A stretch of DNA of 64,000 nucleotides from an uncultured Acidobacteriota bacterium. Lineage in GTDB: Bacteria; Acidobacteriota; Thermoanaerobaculia; Thermoanaerobaculales; Sulfomarinibacteraceae. The notes under the pieces were generated by a model. The model did not search any database. It worked only from the letters and a program-made list of their open reading frames with translations, and was not told the origin of the DNA. This document shows positions 9,164-19,086 of this stretch, piece by piece. The number at the start of each line of letters is the position of its first letter. Position 1 is the first letter of the stretch. The position numbers were made by a program, and so were the translations under genes. The DNA is taken from NCBI GenBank assembly GCA_963823445.1, contig CAWGLT010000010.1, forward strand, positions 2,760 to 66,759, in the 5' to 3' direction.

Positions 9164-11623
9164 TCATTGCTTGAGCGCGACCGCTGGATGAATGTGCGAG
9201 GCCCGAAATGCGGGCATGCAGCATGCCGCCAGGGTGACGGTGGAGAGTGCGACGGTTACGACGGTCAAGATCACCGGATCGAGGGGGCTGATGCCGTAGA
9301 GCTGGCTGGCCAATGCCCCGCGCAATAGAAGCACCAACGGAAGGCCGGCCGCCAGTCCGAGGACCAGGATGCCGACGGCTTCCTTCATGACGAGTTGGAA
9401 GACCTGGGAGCGTGTGCTGCCGAGGGAGATCCGAATCCCGATCTCCCGGTTCCGTTGGGTCACCAGGTAGGCCACGATGCCGTACAGACCCACGGTCGCC
9501 AGGAAGAGCGCGATTCCGGCAAAGAGGGATGTCAAGAGCATGCATCCGCGCTGTGCCAGCAATGATCCCGAAAGGCGATCGGTGAGCGGCCTGATGTCTG
9601 AAAGCGGCAGCTCGGGATCGATCGAAGCGAGTGACGAGCGGAGGCTCTCGGCCAGGAGACCCGGATCGCCTGCGCTCTTGAGGATGAAGTTGATCTCTCT
9701 CTTCGGCTCCTGATCGAAGACAAAGAAACACGTTCCGATCCGATCGTCGGGCTCGACCAGACCGCGGAGGCTCAGGTGTTCGATGACGCCGACGATGGTG
9801 TACCACCTGGTGTTCTCATCGGTTTGGAATGGATCGTCGCCCGCTTGCGGCATGCACATCCGCTTGCCAACCGCCGATTGATCGGGCCAGAACCGCTGCG
9901 CCAGCGCCCGGTCGATGATCAACACCCGATTCGATTCGTTGGTGTCGCGTTGATCGAAGAAACGACCCGCATGAAGCTGAATTTCCAGGGCTTCGAAGTA
10001 GCCCGGCGCCGCGGCCACCCGGTTTGGCGAGAGCATGGCCTCTCCGGGAGCAGGCCGGTGGCCCTCGGCCAGCATCACACCGTCGGAGTAGCTCCCACCG
10101 AGTGGAATCGTGTCGGAGAGGGCCGCTGTCTCAACCCCTGGAAGGGCGCGAACGGTATCGAGGGCGCGCTGCGCAAAGACCCGCCTGTCGTGTTCTTCCG
10201 GGTAGCTCGACTTCGGGAGCATGACGGACGCGGTCAGGACGCCTTCAGGCTCGAACCCGGGGTCGATGGACAGGATTTCGCGAAAGCTGGTGAAGAGGAG
10301 GCCCGCGCCGATCAGCAGCGGGAAAGCAGTGGCGATTTGGACCGCAACCAGGGCTCGCCGCGCCAGATTGGCGGTGCGTCCTACGGTCACGCTCCGACCC
10401 TCTTCGCGCAGAACAGAGCCGGTATTGATCCGCTTCAAGTGCAGGACCGGAATCAGGCCGAGGATGCAACCGGCTGCCAGCGCAGCAACCATAGTCAGGA
10501 GGACCACCCACGCGTCGATGCCGACCTCGGTTCCACGGGGCAGCCTTCCCAGCCCGAACGCCGAAAAGACCCGCACGAAGGCCCAGCCGAGCCCGAGCCC
10601 GAGGATGGCACTTGCCGACGTCAACAGCACGGCCTCGGTCACGAGTTGCCGCGCAATCCGGATCCTGCCGGCCCCCAGGACCACGCGCATCGACAACTCT
10701 CTGAGACGTACGCTTGCCCGCACCAGGGAGAGGTTGGCGACGTTGACGCATCCCATGAGCAGGACAAAGACAACGCCGGCCCACAAGAGGTAGAGGGTGT
10801 CGGCAACGTGTCTGACCAGATCGGACTGCAGGTGGACGGCACGGGTGTGAAAGCCTGCTTCGATGAGCAGTTCCCGGTACTGCGGCACACGTTCGAGGTT
10901 TCTTTGGTTGAGGGCGTCAACCTGGGCCTGGACCTTTTCGATGGTCGCTCCGCGGGCGAGCCGGCCGATCATGTCCCAGTTGTTGCTGTGATATTCCTCT
11001 TTTTGTTCCTCGGTGAAGGACTGTGGGGTCCAGAGTTGAACATCCGGGCTGAGGAAGGAGAACCCGGGAGGCATCACCCCAACCACCCGGTAGGGATCCC
11101 CGTCGAGAGCGATCTCGGCGCCGAGGCTCTCCGAATCGGCGCCGTAAAGTTCCTGTGCCAGCGAGCTGCTCAGGATGACCCTCCGGTCATTTCCCACTTC
11201 ACCCTCGCTCTCCGTGAACGCTCGTCCCACTCGCGGCTGCACCCGGAGAAGGGGAAAGAACGAAGGAGAAACCTGCATCGCTCGGATCTGTCGCGGGATG
11301 CCGTCGAATCCCATGGCGTAGCCGCGGCTCCGATAGGTGGCCACGGCGTCGAGTGCGTCGATCGCCCTGCGTCGATCGAAGAAATCCGGCGCGCCGTTCA
11401 TCGCCCGTTCCACGCCGCTGTTGGGATAGCTGTTGAAGAGTCTGACCAGGTCGTCGGACTCGGGAAACGGCAGTGGGCGCAAGAGCAGCGAATTGACGAC
11501 GCTGAAGACTGCGACGTTGGCCGCAAGGACCAACGTCAATGTCAACAGGGCGGCGATTGCGTATCCCCGGTCTCTTACCAGTGCTCGGAACGCGTACTTG
11601 AGATCTTGACAAAATGAATCCAT
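9164..11623 (-). CDS. ADOP-type duplicated MacB/FtsX ABC permease
   Basis: QDLKYAFRAL start, CVNVANL, RQLVTEA, REIGIRISLG; two MacB_PCD+FtsX halves. Confidence 0.93.
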   Translation of the reverse strand: MDSFCQDLKYAFRALVRDRGYAIAALLTLTLVLAANVAVFSVVNSLLLRPLPFPESDDLVRLFNSYPNSGVERAMNGAPDFFDRRRAIDALDAVATYRSRGYAMGFDGIPRQIRAMQVSPSFFPLLRVQPRVGRAFTESEGEVGNDRRVILSSSLAQELYGADSESLGAEIALDGDPYRVVGVMPPGFSFLSPDVQLWTPQSFTEEQKEEYHSNNWDMIGRLARGATIEKVQAQVDALNQRNLERVPQYRELLIEAGFHTRAVHLQSDLVRHVADTLYLLWAGVVFVLLMGCVNVANLSLVRASVRLRELSMRVVLGAGRIRIARQLVTEAVLLTSASAILGLGLGWAFVRVFSAFGLGRLPRGTEVGIDAWVVLLTMVAALAAGCILGLIPVLHLKRINTGSVLREEGRSVTVGRTANLARRALVAVQIATAFPLLIGAGLLFTSFREILSIDPGFEPEGVLTASVMLPKSSYPEEHDRRVFAQRALDTVRALPGVETAALSDTIPLGGSYSDGVMLAEGHRPAPGEAMLSPNRVAAAPGYFEALEIQLHAGRFFDQRDTNESNRVLIIDRALAQRFWPDQSAVGKRMCMPQAGDDPFQTDENTRWYTIVGVIEHLSLRGLVEPDDRIGTCFFVFDQEPKREINFILKSAGDPGLLAESLRSSLASIDPELPLSDIRPLTDRLSGSLLAQRGCMLLTSLFAGIALFLATVGLYGIVAYLVTQRNREIGIRISLGSTRSQVFQLVMKEAVGILVLGLAAGLPLVLLLRGALASQLYGISPLDPVILTVVTVALSTVTLAACCMPAFRASHIHPAVALKQ

Positions 11624-11732
11624 GTGGCTCCCCCGACGGCGTCGTCGTCGAGAGAACTGACGGATACGACCCTCGAAAAGTTACAGTCAGCCGCGGTATC
11701 ATGCTGCATCCATTTCAAAAGAGGCTGCATGC

Positions 11733-11792
11733 GTGCCAGGTCCGCAGAACCGCGGGTGCGGGACCACAGCTGCGGAACTGCGGACCCGGCAC
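11733..11792. repeat. GGTGCC-tagged hairpin (GGTCCGCAG subtype)
   Basis: GTGCCAGGTCCGCAG...CTGCGGACCCGGCAC; sibling at 17076-17137, half copy at 12071-12092. Confidence 0.75.
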
Positions 11793-12179
11793 CCGTTCTT
11801 GTCATCGGGTCGCGATGAATGGGATGGTGGAGCCAACTAATCACTGAGTTATGACAAGGGAGTGGGCGAGGGATCAATCCAGAGCAGCGATTGCTTCGAC
11901 CTCGTCTCTGAAAGCTCAGGTCCTGTCCTGGTTCTCCGGGGTGTCGGTCCCTAAGACTGAGCGCGCAGGAAGTGTGGAAGTGTGTACGTGGCGCCCATCC
12001 ATCGATCAACAGCCTGACAACTGTGCAAATGTGTACGTGGTACCTGTCGAGCCTGTACCTATCCACAACCACGGAACTGCGGACCGGCACCCATGGTAAA
12101 CGCGCACCTTTTCAGGCAACTTTTCCCCTTTCCTTCGAACAGTTGCGCTCGCCGTGACGCCATCGTAGGCTGAGGCGCC

Positions 12180-13265
12180 ATGTTCCTCTTGGTGTTCTAC
12201 GTGGTGCTCGCGATCGCGGTGTCGTTTGTGTGCTCGGTGATGGAGGCGGTGCTGCTCAGCGTGACGCCCGGTCACCTCGCCATCCTGGAGCAGCAGCGCC
12301 CGCGAACCGCCGGCCGCCTCAAGCGATTCAAGGACAACGTCGACGAGCCGCTGGCGGCGATCCTCTCCCTCAACACCGTCGCCCACACCGTCGGTGCGGC
12401 GGGCGCCGGCGCCCAGGCGGCGCGGGTCTTCGGCGACGCCTGGCTGGGGGTGTTCTCGGCCGTCCTGACCCTGGCGATCCTGTTCCTGAGCGAGATCATC
12501 CCCAAGACCATCGGGGCGGTGTACTGGAAGAAGCTGACCCCGGCGGTGACCCGACTGCTGCACTGGATGGTGATCCCTCTCAAACCCCTGGTGTGGATGA
12601 GCGGCCTCGTCAGCCGGGCGATCGCGGCCTCCCACGTGCCGGTCCACGTCAGCCGGGACGAGATCGCGGCGCTGGGCGCCCTCGGAGTTCGGCAAGGCGT
12701 CTTGGACGAGGAGGAGTCGCGGGTGCTCAACGCCCTGCTCCGCTTCCGCTCCCTGCGGGCGAGCGACATCATGACCCCGCGAACCGTCGTCTTCGCACTG
12801 CCGGCGGACGACACCGTCGGCTGCGTGGTCGAGGCCCACCGGCCGATGCGATTCTCGCGGATCCCCATTCACGGCGGCGACATCGACGCCCTCCTGGGCT
12901 ACGTCCTCAAGGACGAGATTCTGGAGCGCGCGGCCAGGGGGGAGGCCGACCTTCCCCTGAGAGAGCTCCGGCGGGAGCTGCTCTTCGTGCCGGAGACCGC
13001 ACGTCTGTCACAGCTCCTCGACCGCTTCCAGTCGACCCGCGAGCACGTCGCCGCGGTCATCGACGAGTTCGGCGGCACTGCCGGTCTGGTCACCCTCGAG
13101 GACCTGGTGGAGACGGTCCTCGACGTCGAGATCGTCGACGAGGTCGACAACGTCGAGGATCTTCGCGCCGCCGCCCGCTCGGAGTGGCGGCGTCGGGCCC
13201 GCCGGCTCGGTCTGCTTCCCAAGGAGGCCCCGGCACCGTCAGCCGACACCGACGGCAACCGCTGA
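12180..13265 (+). CDS. CNNM/DUF21-CBS (hemolysin/CorB-like) protein
   Basis: SFVCSVMEAVLLS, EIIPKTIG, DIMTPR, FSRIPI, DEFGGTAGLVTLED. Confidence 0.92.
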   Translation: MFLLVFYVVLAIAVSFVCSVMEAVLLSVTPGHLAILEQQRPRTAGRLKRFKDNVDEPLAAILSLNTVAHTVGAAGAGAQAARVFGDAWLGVFSAVLTLAILFLSEIIPKTIGAVYWKKLTPAVTRLLHWMVIPLKPLVWMSGLVSRAIAASHVPVHVSRDEIAALGALGVRQGVLDEEESRVLNALLRFRSLRASDIMTPRTVVFALPADDTVGCVVEAHRPMRFSRIPIHGGDIDALLGYVLKDEILERAARGEADLPLRELRRELLFVPETARLSQLLDRFQSTREHVAAVIDEFGGTAGLVTLEDLVETVLDVEIVDEVDNVEDLRAAARSEWRRRARRLGLLPKEAPAPSADTDGNR

Positions 13266-13520
13266 ACCAACGGTAACGGTGCCGCCCATGAGCCTGGCAC
13301 CCGGGAATCCTCGGAAAAGGTGCCGGGTGTGCTCCATGCGAAGCCTAGGGGAAGGGGGAAGAGAAGACGTGGCGGAATGGTACGAATGGTACCGTACGAA
13401 TGGTACCGGGCACCGATCTGAGGACTTGTGCCGCTCCTGGCTCAGACCATGTCATCGAACCGATCGCGTGTTACTGTGCCAGGCTATTAGGAAGCTTCAA
13501 CTGCCCAACTTCCTAAAGTC

Positions 13521-13535
13521 TGGCACCGAAATTGC
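13521..13535 (+). promoter_or_regulatory. Candidate sigma54 promoter with no clear downstream gene
   Basis: TGGCACCGAAATTGC, GG-N10-GC. Confidence 0.5.
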
Positions 13536-13792
13536 CTATCACTCGGTCTGCCGCACGTAGCGAAACCTCATTCCGAGGAGCCGGATGCGGTAGTCCCGCA
13601 CGTCCGGATCTGTGGGGGGCCTGGATAGGCCTTCGAGGCACTGTTCGAAAGTCACCCACCTTTCAAGGGCGCCCTGACATCAGAAATCCACTGCCGTTGA
13701 TCGTGCAAAGATGTCGGCGAGAACTACCAGCCCATGCGCTAAAACGCCAAACCATGGCCTGGAACACCGGGCCATTCGCCAAAAAAAGGATA

Positions 13793-13878
13793 GGTGCCAC
13801 CCTTCGCATTCACGCATTGTTCAGGGCATGGGGAATCTGTGTCCAAGTGTCAACAATGCAACAATGCGAAGAGGCACC
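13793..13878. repeat. GGTGCC-tagged palindromic element
   Basis: GGTGCCACCCTTCGCATTCACGCATTGTT...AACAATGCGAAGAGGCACC, 10 bp from the ADOP stop. Confidence 0.8.
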
Positions 13879-13888
13879 CATTATCAGC

Positions 13889-16650
13889 TCACTCCAGCCG
13901 CAGCACCTTCATCGGATCTACGCACGAGGCGCGGCGTGCTGGGACGAACACCGCGAGCGCGGCGACTCCGAGCAGCAGAGCGGTTGCGGCAAGCGCACTC
14001 AGCGGTTCGATCGAGGCGAGACCGTAGACCATGTTCTTGAGCCCACGGGCCAGAGCCCAGGCGGCGACCAAACCTATCACGGCGCCGACTGCCACAGCAC
14101 GCATCTGCCGCATCGCCGAGAGCACGATCGAGCTGCGGCTCGCCCCGAGCGAAATCCGGATCCCGATCTCCTGAGTTCTGCGGCTGACAGCAAACGAGAC
14201 GGTGGCGTAGATGCCGATGCATGCCAGCACCAAGGCGAGCGCGGCCGCCACCAGGGACAGTCTCGCGAATTCGCGTTCCTGTTGCATTGCTTGATCGACA
14301 TGCTCCGACATCGTACGCATGGCAAAGACCGGAACGTTGGGTTCGATACCCCTCACGACATCTCTCACCCGAGCTGCGAGCATCTCCGGTCGACCTGCAG
14401 TGCGCAGGAAGTACGTCAGAGTGCCAAGCCGCGCAGCGTTCTGCCTGAGAGGAAGCAGCATCATCGGTTCCGGCTCGCTCTGCAGGCTGACGGTGCGAGC
14501 GTCCGGGAGAACCCCGAGGACCCGGGCGGTTGCTCGATTCTCGCCGCTGCCGAAGGAGAACTCAGCACCGATCGGATCCGAGTCCCCAAAAACGTCTCGA
14601 ACGAATGATTCGTTGACCACCGCGACCAACGGCGAGTCCGGGCCGTCATGGGATGTGAACGGCTGACCAGACAGAAGCGGAGCCTGCATCGTCTCGAAGT
14701 AGTGAGGATCGACCAAACCGATGTAGGAGTCGACGCGTTTCCCGTCCGGCATATCAATACGGTCCCACATCCCAGAGCCCGTGACGGGGGAGAATCCGGC
14801 CATCGTTGCTGAGCTGACCTCAGGAAGCGCAGCGAGGCCATCTCTGATCTGCTCGCTGAGACGAAGCAGCTCTTCGTTGCGGTAGCCGTTCAGGTTCGCC
14901 GAGATACGAAAGGTGAGGACGCCCTCGCACTCAAACCCCGTATCGACAGCACGGAGCTGACTGAGGGTCGTGAAGAACAGCCCGGCGAGAACGAGCAATA
15001 CGAGCGACACCGCCACTTGGGCGATGACAAGCATCGTTCCGAGCCGGTGTTGAGAACGGGTGGCGCCGAGACGTCCTCGTCCTCCTTCCCGAAGCACTTG
15101 CGGGATCTCGACTTTGAGAATCTTGAGTGCCGGAATGAGCCCAAAGACGAGGCCGGTGAGCAGCGACATCGCAGCCGAGAACGCGAGTACTACGGGATCA
15201 GGAGTCAAGTCGATCGCAAGCTCCACCCATGTCGTCGATGCCATGAGGGCTGCGAGGATCCGACTCAACCACAGGCTCAGGGCCAACCCGAGAATCCCTC
15301 CTATGAACGCGAGCATCAAACTCTCAGTCAGCAATTGCCTCACAATCCGAAATCGACCCGCACCGATCGCAACTCGAACAGCCATCTCACCGCTGCGGCT
15401 TTCGGCGCCGGAGAGCAAGAGCGTGGCCGCGTTGGCGCAAGCGATGATCAGTATCAGCACCGCAATGCCGAACGCAACGAGCAAAGGGTCGATCATGTCG
15501 TTTCGAGCTTCCTGCAACCCTCTCGCGCCGGAGCTCAGCCTCAGCCGCGGGACGTTTCGGGCTGCCTCTTCGCCCGCATCGAGGGATTGACCAAGATCGT
15601 TGGCAACCGTCGCCACGAGAACCGGATCGAGCATGGCTTGCGCCTGCTGCCGCTCAAAGCCCGGCGCCAGCCGACCCATGATCTGGATCCACCACAAGTC
15701 GACCGCCTCCGATAGATCTCCTCCTGCATGACCAGCCCATGCTGGGCAAGCGGTATGAAGACGGCCGGCGACCTGCCGACCTGAAGGGTCCCGGAGAATC
15801 CGGGCTGGACGATACCAACGACGGTGAAAGGAACGCCATTGATGTTGATCGCCTCTCCAAGGATGGCCGGGTCGGCGCCGCATCGGCTCTGCCAGAACGA
15901 GTAGGCCAACACCACCGCCGGCGGCGCCTCGCGCCTGTCATCTGTCGGATCCAGCAAGCGACCCCGGTGCGGCTGCAAGCCCAAGTCGCTGAAGAACGAA
16001 CCGCTGACCAGCTGCCCGCCCTCGAGCACGGCCTCGCCATCGAGATTGAGGTTCAGGCGACCCAGCTCGGTGAACGCAAACAAACCGGCGACGGCACCAC
16101 GCTTTTCGGCAAAGTTCCGGAAAGCCGAGTACGAGAAAGAGGTGCTGGTGATCTTGCCGTCATCGGTCTTTCGAATCCTACCGTTGACTCCGAAACCTGG
16201 CCGTTCGTCCGCCGCCCAGTTCAAGAGAATCAGCTCATCGGCTTTTTCGACCGGCAATTGGTCAAGAACCACCCTACTCGCCACTGTGAAGATCGCGGTG
16301 TTGGCTCCGATGCCAAGTGCCAACGACAGGACGACGACGATAGAAAGAACCGGTCGACGGATCGCTACTCGGGCGCCGAAACGCAGGTCCATCCAGAACT
16401 CAGCGAGCGCGGTGAGCCGTTTCGTCGATCGCTGAGTGCGCTTGCCGATCCGGACGCACTCTTGACGTACGTCTCGCGAATCGCCGAAGCATCTCGCCGC
16501 CTCGCGCCGAGCCGCCTCCGGCGACATGCCGCTTTGCTCGAGCTCTTCAGCTCGCATTTCGAGATGGAAATCGAGTTCGTCGTGGACATCGACCTCGACA
16601 TCCGGGCCCCACAATCGCAAGTAGCGGCGCCACGCCGGCGTGCGACTCAT
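13889..16650 (-). CDS. ADOP-type ABC permease with permease-prefix domain; single frameshift near 15725
   Basis: ELDFHLEMR/ARRCFG-like prefix and LALGIGANTAIF in ORF 15541-16719; continues (LWWIQIMGRL, ACANAATLL) in ORF 13889-15883. Confidence 0.88.
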
Positions 16651-17000
16651 GACTGGGCCCACACCGGCCGCTCGGTTGCACTGAGAATCTTGGCCAGAGC
16701 CTCGGCGAAGCTGACCCAACTAGATTCGCCGGCCTGGAGCTGCTGCCGACCGAGGTCCGTCAAACCGTAGAACTTGGCACGCCGGTTGTTCTCGGACAAA
16801 CCCCACTCGGCGGTCAACCATTTGCGTTCTTCCATACGGTGCAACGCCGGATAAAGAGCGCCTTCTTCGATCTGCAGTGCGTCGGTGGTGGTCTGGCGAA
16901 TCCAGCGCGACACGGCATAGCCGTGCATTGGACCCCAGCTCAGCGACTTGAGGATCATGATGTCGAGGGTTCCTTTGACGAGTTCGACTTTGGGCTTCAT
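16647..17000 (-). CDS. PadR family transcriptional regulator (acidobacterial type)
   Basis: GTLDIMIL, MHGY, EGALYPALHRME, NNRRAKFY; ATGA overlap with the permease. Confidence 0.93.
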   Translation of the reverse strand: MKPKVELVKGTLDIMILKSLSWGPMHGYAVSRWIRQTTTDALQIEEGALYPALHRMEERKWLTAEWGLSENNRRAKFYGLTDLGRQQLQAGESSWVSFAEALAKILSATERPVWAQS

Positions 17001-17006
17001 ACAGTC

Positions 17007-17060
17007 TCCCCTATGCCTCTTAGGGGAATATGAACCCTCTCCCCTAAGATGTCAAGGGGA
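17007..17060 (-). promoter_or_regulatory. padR promoter with two palindromic operators
   Basis: TTGACA(17055-17050)-N17-CATATT(17032-17027); TCCCCTA-N7-TAGGGGA (17007-17027) and TCCCCTA-N7-AAGGGGA (17040-17060). Confidence 0.8.
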
Positions 17061-17075
17061 AGTCTGAATCAATTG

Positions 17076-17137
17076 GGTGCCAGGTCCGCAGTTCCGTAGT
17101 TACGAGACCATAACTGCGGAACTGCGGACCTGGCACC
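17076..17137. repeat. GGTGCC-tagged near-perfect hairpin
   Basis: GGTGCCAGGTCCGCAGTTCCGTAGTTA...TAACTGCGGAACTGCGGACCTGGCACC. Confidence 0.8.
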
Positions 17138-17332
17138 TATGCAGGTCGCCCAGTTACTTCCCAGGTGTCTCCCGAGGATCCTCGGGTGTCGGGCTAATGG
17201 GTGGCACCCATAATCATCATCGGCTCGCTCGCTTTTGGATAGGTGCCACACTTCGCAATCACGCATTGTGTGAACGTCAATCTCTGACGGGGAAGAGGGG
17301 TTGATTTCTGTGGCTCGCGGGGCAACAAAGCG

Positions 17333-17662
17333 TTAATGCGAAGTGTGCACCAATCGGCACCAATCCAATCCGTGCGGATGCCAATTGGCCAGGTCGCCCG
17401 CGGTCTGGACCACGGTAACCATCCCCGGCCGTATGTCCTCGTCGCCGACCGCCGCCCGCATCAGCTCGAGGACGGTCTCCCAGGCCGTCCGTGCGAGCCC
17501 GCCGAAGAGCTCCCGGTGGTGAAGGAAGTAGGGCCGCAGCATCTTCGGGATCACGAACACCCACTGGCCCCGCGCCTCGTCGTAGTGAGCGTCGAAGAGG
17601 CGATAGAGGGGAGTGGCGCGGGGATTTCGGGCTCGGTACCGGGCCGCGCAGGCGGGCGCCAC
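17333..17662 (-). pseudogene. IS91-like (Y2 HUH) transposase remnant, internally deleted
   Basis: YRARNPRATPLYRL N-terminus joined directly to QWVFVIPKMLR...QTAGDLANWHPH; Zn-binding Cys region and C-terminus absent. Confidence 0.7.
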
Positions 17663-17751
17663 GACAACGTCTCAGGTGTGCCGCAGCGTGGACGGCTACC
17701 GTCAGCGTGAACTTTCCTGGGTTTGGAGTCAAGGTAAAGCAGCGTGGATAG

Positions 17752-18108
17752 CTACGACCGCTCGGGGCTCACCTGAGCAAGCACCTTTTCGAGCTGACCG
17801 AGGAGCACCGGCAGCTCGCGGTCGACGATGCCCCAGAGAATGTCGTGGTCGACAGCGTCGTAGCCGTGGATCAGCCGGTTCCGGGTGCCGATGATCTGCC
17901 TCCACGGAATCTCCTTGTGGGACTCCCGCAGCTCCTCGGAGACCCGCGCGGCGGCCTCGCCGATGATTTCGACGAGCTTGGTCAGGGCGAGAGCGAAGAC
18001 GCGGTCTCCGTCCAGATCGTCGCGTTGACGGTCAGCAGCCAGCTCGATCGCTTCTGCGACGTGGTCACGCATGTGGCGCAGTGCGACGGTTCCGTCATGC
18101 AGCGTCAT
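17752..18108 (-). CDS. hepT: HepT-like HEPN RNase toxin (DUF86)
   Basis: EIIGEAA, EIPWRQIIGTRNRLIHGY (RX4H-Y). Confidence 0.9.
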   Translation of the reverse strand: MTLHDGTVALRHMRDHVAEAIELAADRQRDDLDGDRVFALALTKLVEIIGEAAARVSEELRESHKEIPWRQIIGTRNRLIHGYDAVDHDILWGIVDRELPVLLGQLEKVLAQVSPERS

Positions 18109-18703
18109 ACAGATCCCGGGCGGATTCGAGCACATCGTCTCGGAAGTACTTGCTGAGGCTTGCCGGGGTGTGAAGATCGACAGGTTTGCCGAGAATCTCG
18201 GCCAGTTCGTCCTGGATTGTGATGAAACCGAATCCGGGTGTCTCGCCCGGTTTGAACTCCACGAGAACGTCAATGTCGCTCTCCGGCCGGTGGTCGTTGC
18301 GGAGCACCGAACCGAAGAGCGCCAATCGGCGGATGTTCCAACGAGTGCAGACGTCAGCGATCTCCGAAAGGACCGACTCGTCGAACGGAAGCGGGGAGTC
18401 CGAGTCGGCGATGGTTTCCGATTGAAAAACGCTGGTCGGGCGGTCGCGTCCCGGGGCCGTCATCAGCTCTTCGCGAATGACTCGCCGCAGGATCGCCTCG
18501 ATGGGCTCGGTCTTCGACTCGATGAATTCGCGCAGTGCCTGGTTCATCAGGGTCTGGTAGTTTCCTCCGCCGGCGAGGTGGACCTGCTCTTTGAACCAGG
18601 CGAGTACGTCGGCATCGATTCTGATAGTGATCCGGGTTTTCCCTGGTGGTAGTTTGACCGCGGGGCCGCGCTTGGCTTTGCTGAAATCGTAATCGTCTTT
18701 CAT
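18095..18703 (-). CDS. BrnA-like antitoxin domain fused to MNT nucleotidyltransferase antitoxin
   Basis: N: YDFSKAKRG...KTRITIRIDADVLAWFK...YQTLMNQALR; C: LFGSVLRND..PESDIDVLVEF...GKPVDL. Confidence 0.85.
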   Translation of the reverse strand: MKDDYDFSKAKRGPAVKLPPGKTRITIRIDADVLAWFKEQVHLAGGGNYQTLMNQALREFIESKTEPIEAILRRVIREELMTAPGRDRPTSVFQSETIADSDSPLPFDESVLSEIADVCTRWNIRRLALFGSVLRNDHRPESDIDVLVEFKPGETPGFGFITIQDELAEILGKPVDLHTPASLSKYFRDDVLESARDLYDAA

Positions 18704-18709
18704 GGTTTT

Positions 18710-18738
18710 AATGTATGTACGAATATGCACTGTGTCAA
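18710..18738 (-). promoter_or_regulatory. sigma70-type promoter of the TA operon, probably leaderless
   Basis: TTGACA-N17-TACATT followed by only 6 nt before the ATG; no SD. Confidence 0.65.
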
Positions 18739-18769
18739 GGATTCAATGAAAGGTCTCCATGAAATTGTC

Positions 18770-19075
18770 GCGTTGCGACGGGATGAAATCTGCGGTGATC
18801 TGCGCTGTCTGCGGTTTTTCCGTGCGACGACTTCGCGCCCCCTTTGTGACTTTGCGCCTTTGCGCTTGCGACGGTGCGATGTCTCCGTGCCTCTGTGTGT
18901 CTCTGTGGTGAAGTCACGGGCGCCCAGGTACTCGAGTGCGTCCACCAGGAACAAAATCGGGACAAGGGTTCACCGTGCCGGGTGGTGCCAAGATCTCTCG
19001 GCGAAGCGGAGCATTCGTGTGCGGCTCTGACGGGCAGGCTGGAAGCCCGCCCCCACAATGTGCGCTCAACCAGGT
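18770..19075. repeat. Partial CATCGCA/TGCGATG mosaic cassette plus a REP-like palindrome
   Basis: CTTTGCGC-type 8/9-mers, TGCGATG; GGCAGGCTGGAAGCCCGCCCCCACA also present inverted in the 296-bp unit at 54.6 kb. Confidence 0.7.
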
Positions 19076-19086
19076 TGATCACAGGA

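Noticed and set aside
13532..14608. 358-aa ORF behind the orphan sigma54 promoter
   Set aside because: Starts within the promoter, is mostly antisense to the ADOP gene and has no protein-like features.
5766..17270. Integron attC cassette array
   Set aside because: Hairpins lack RYYYAAC/GTTRRRY ends and no integron integrase is present.
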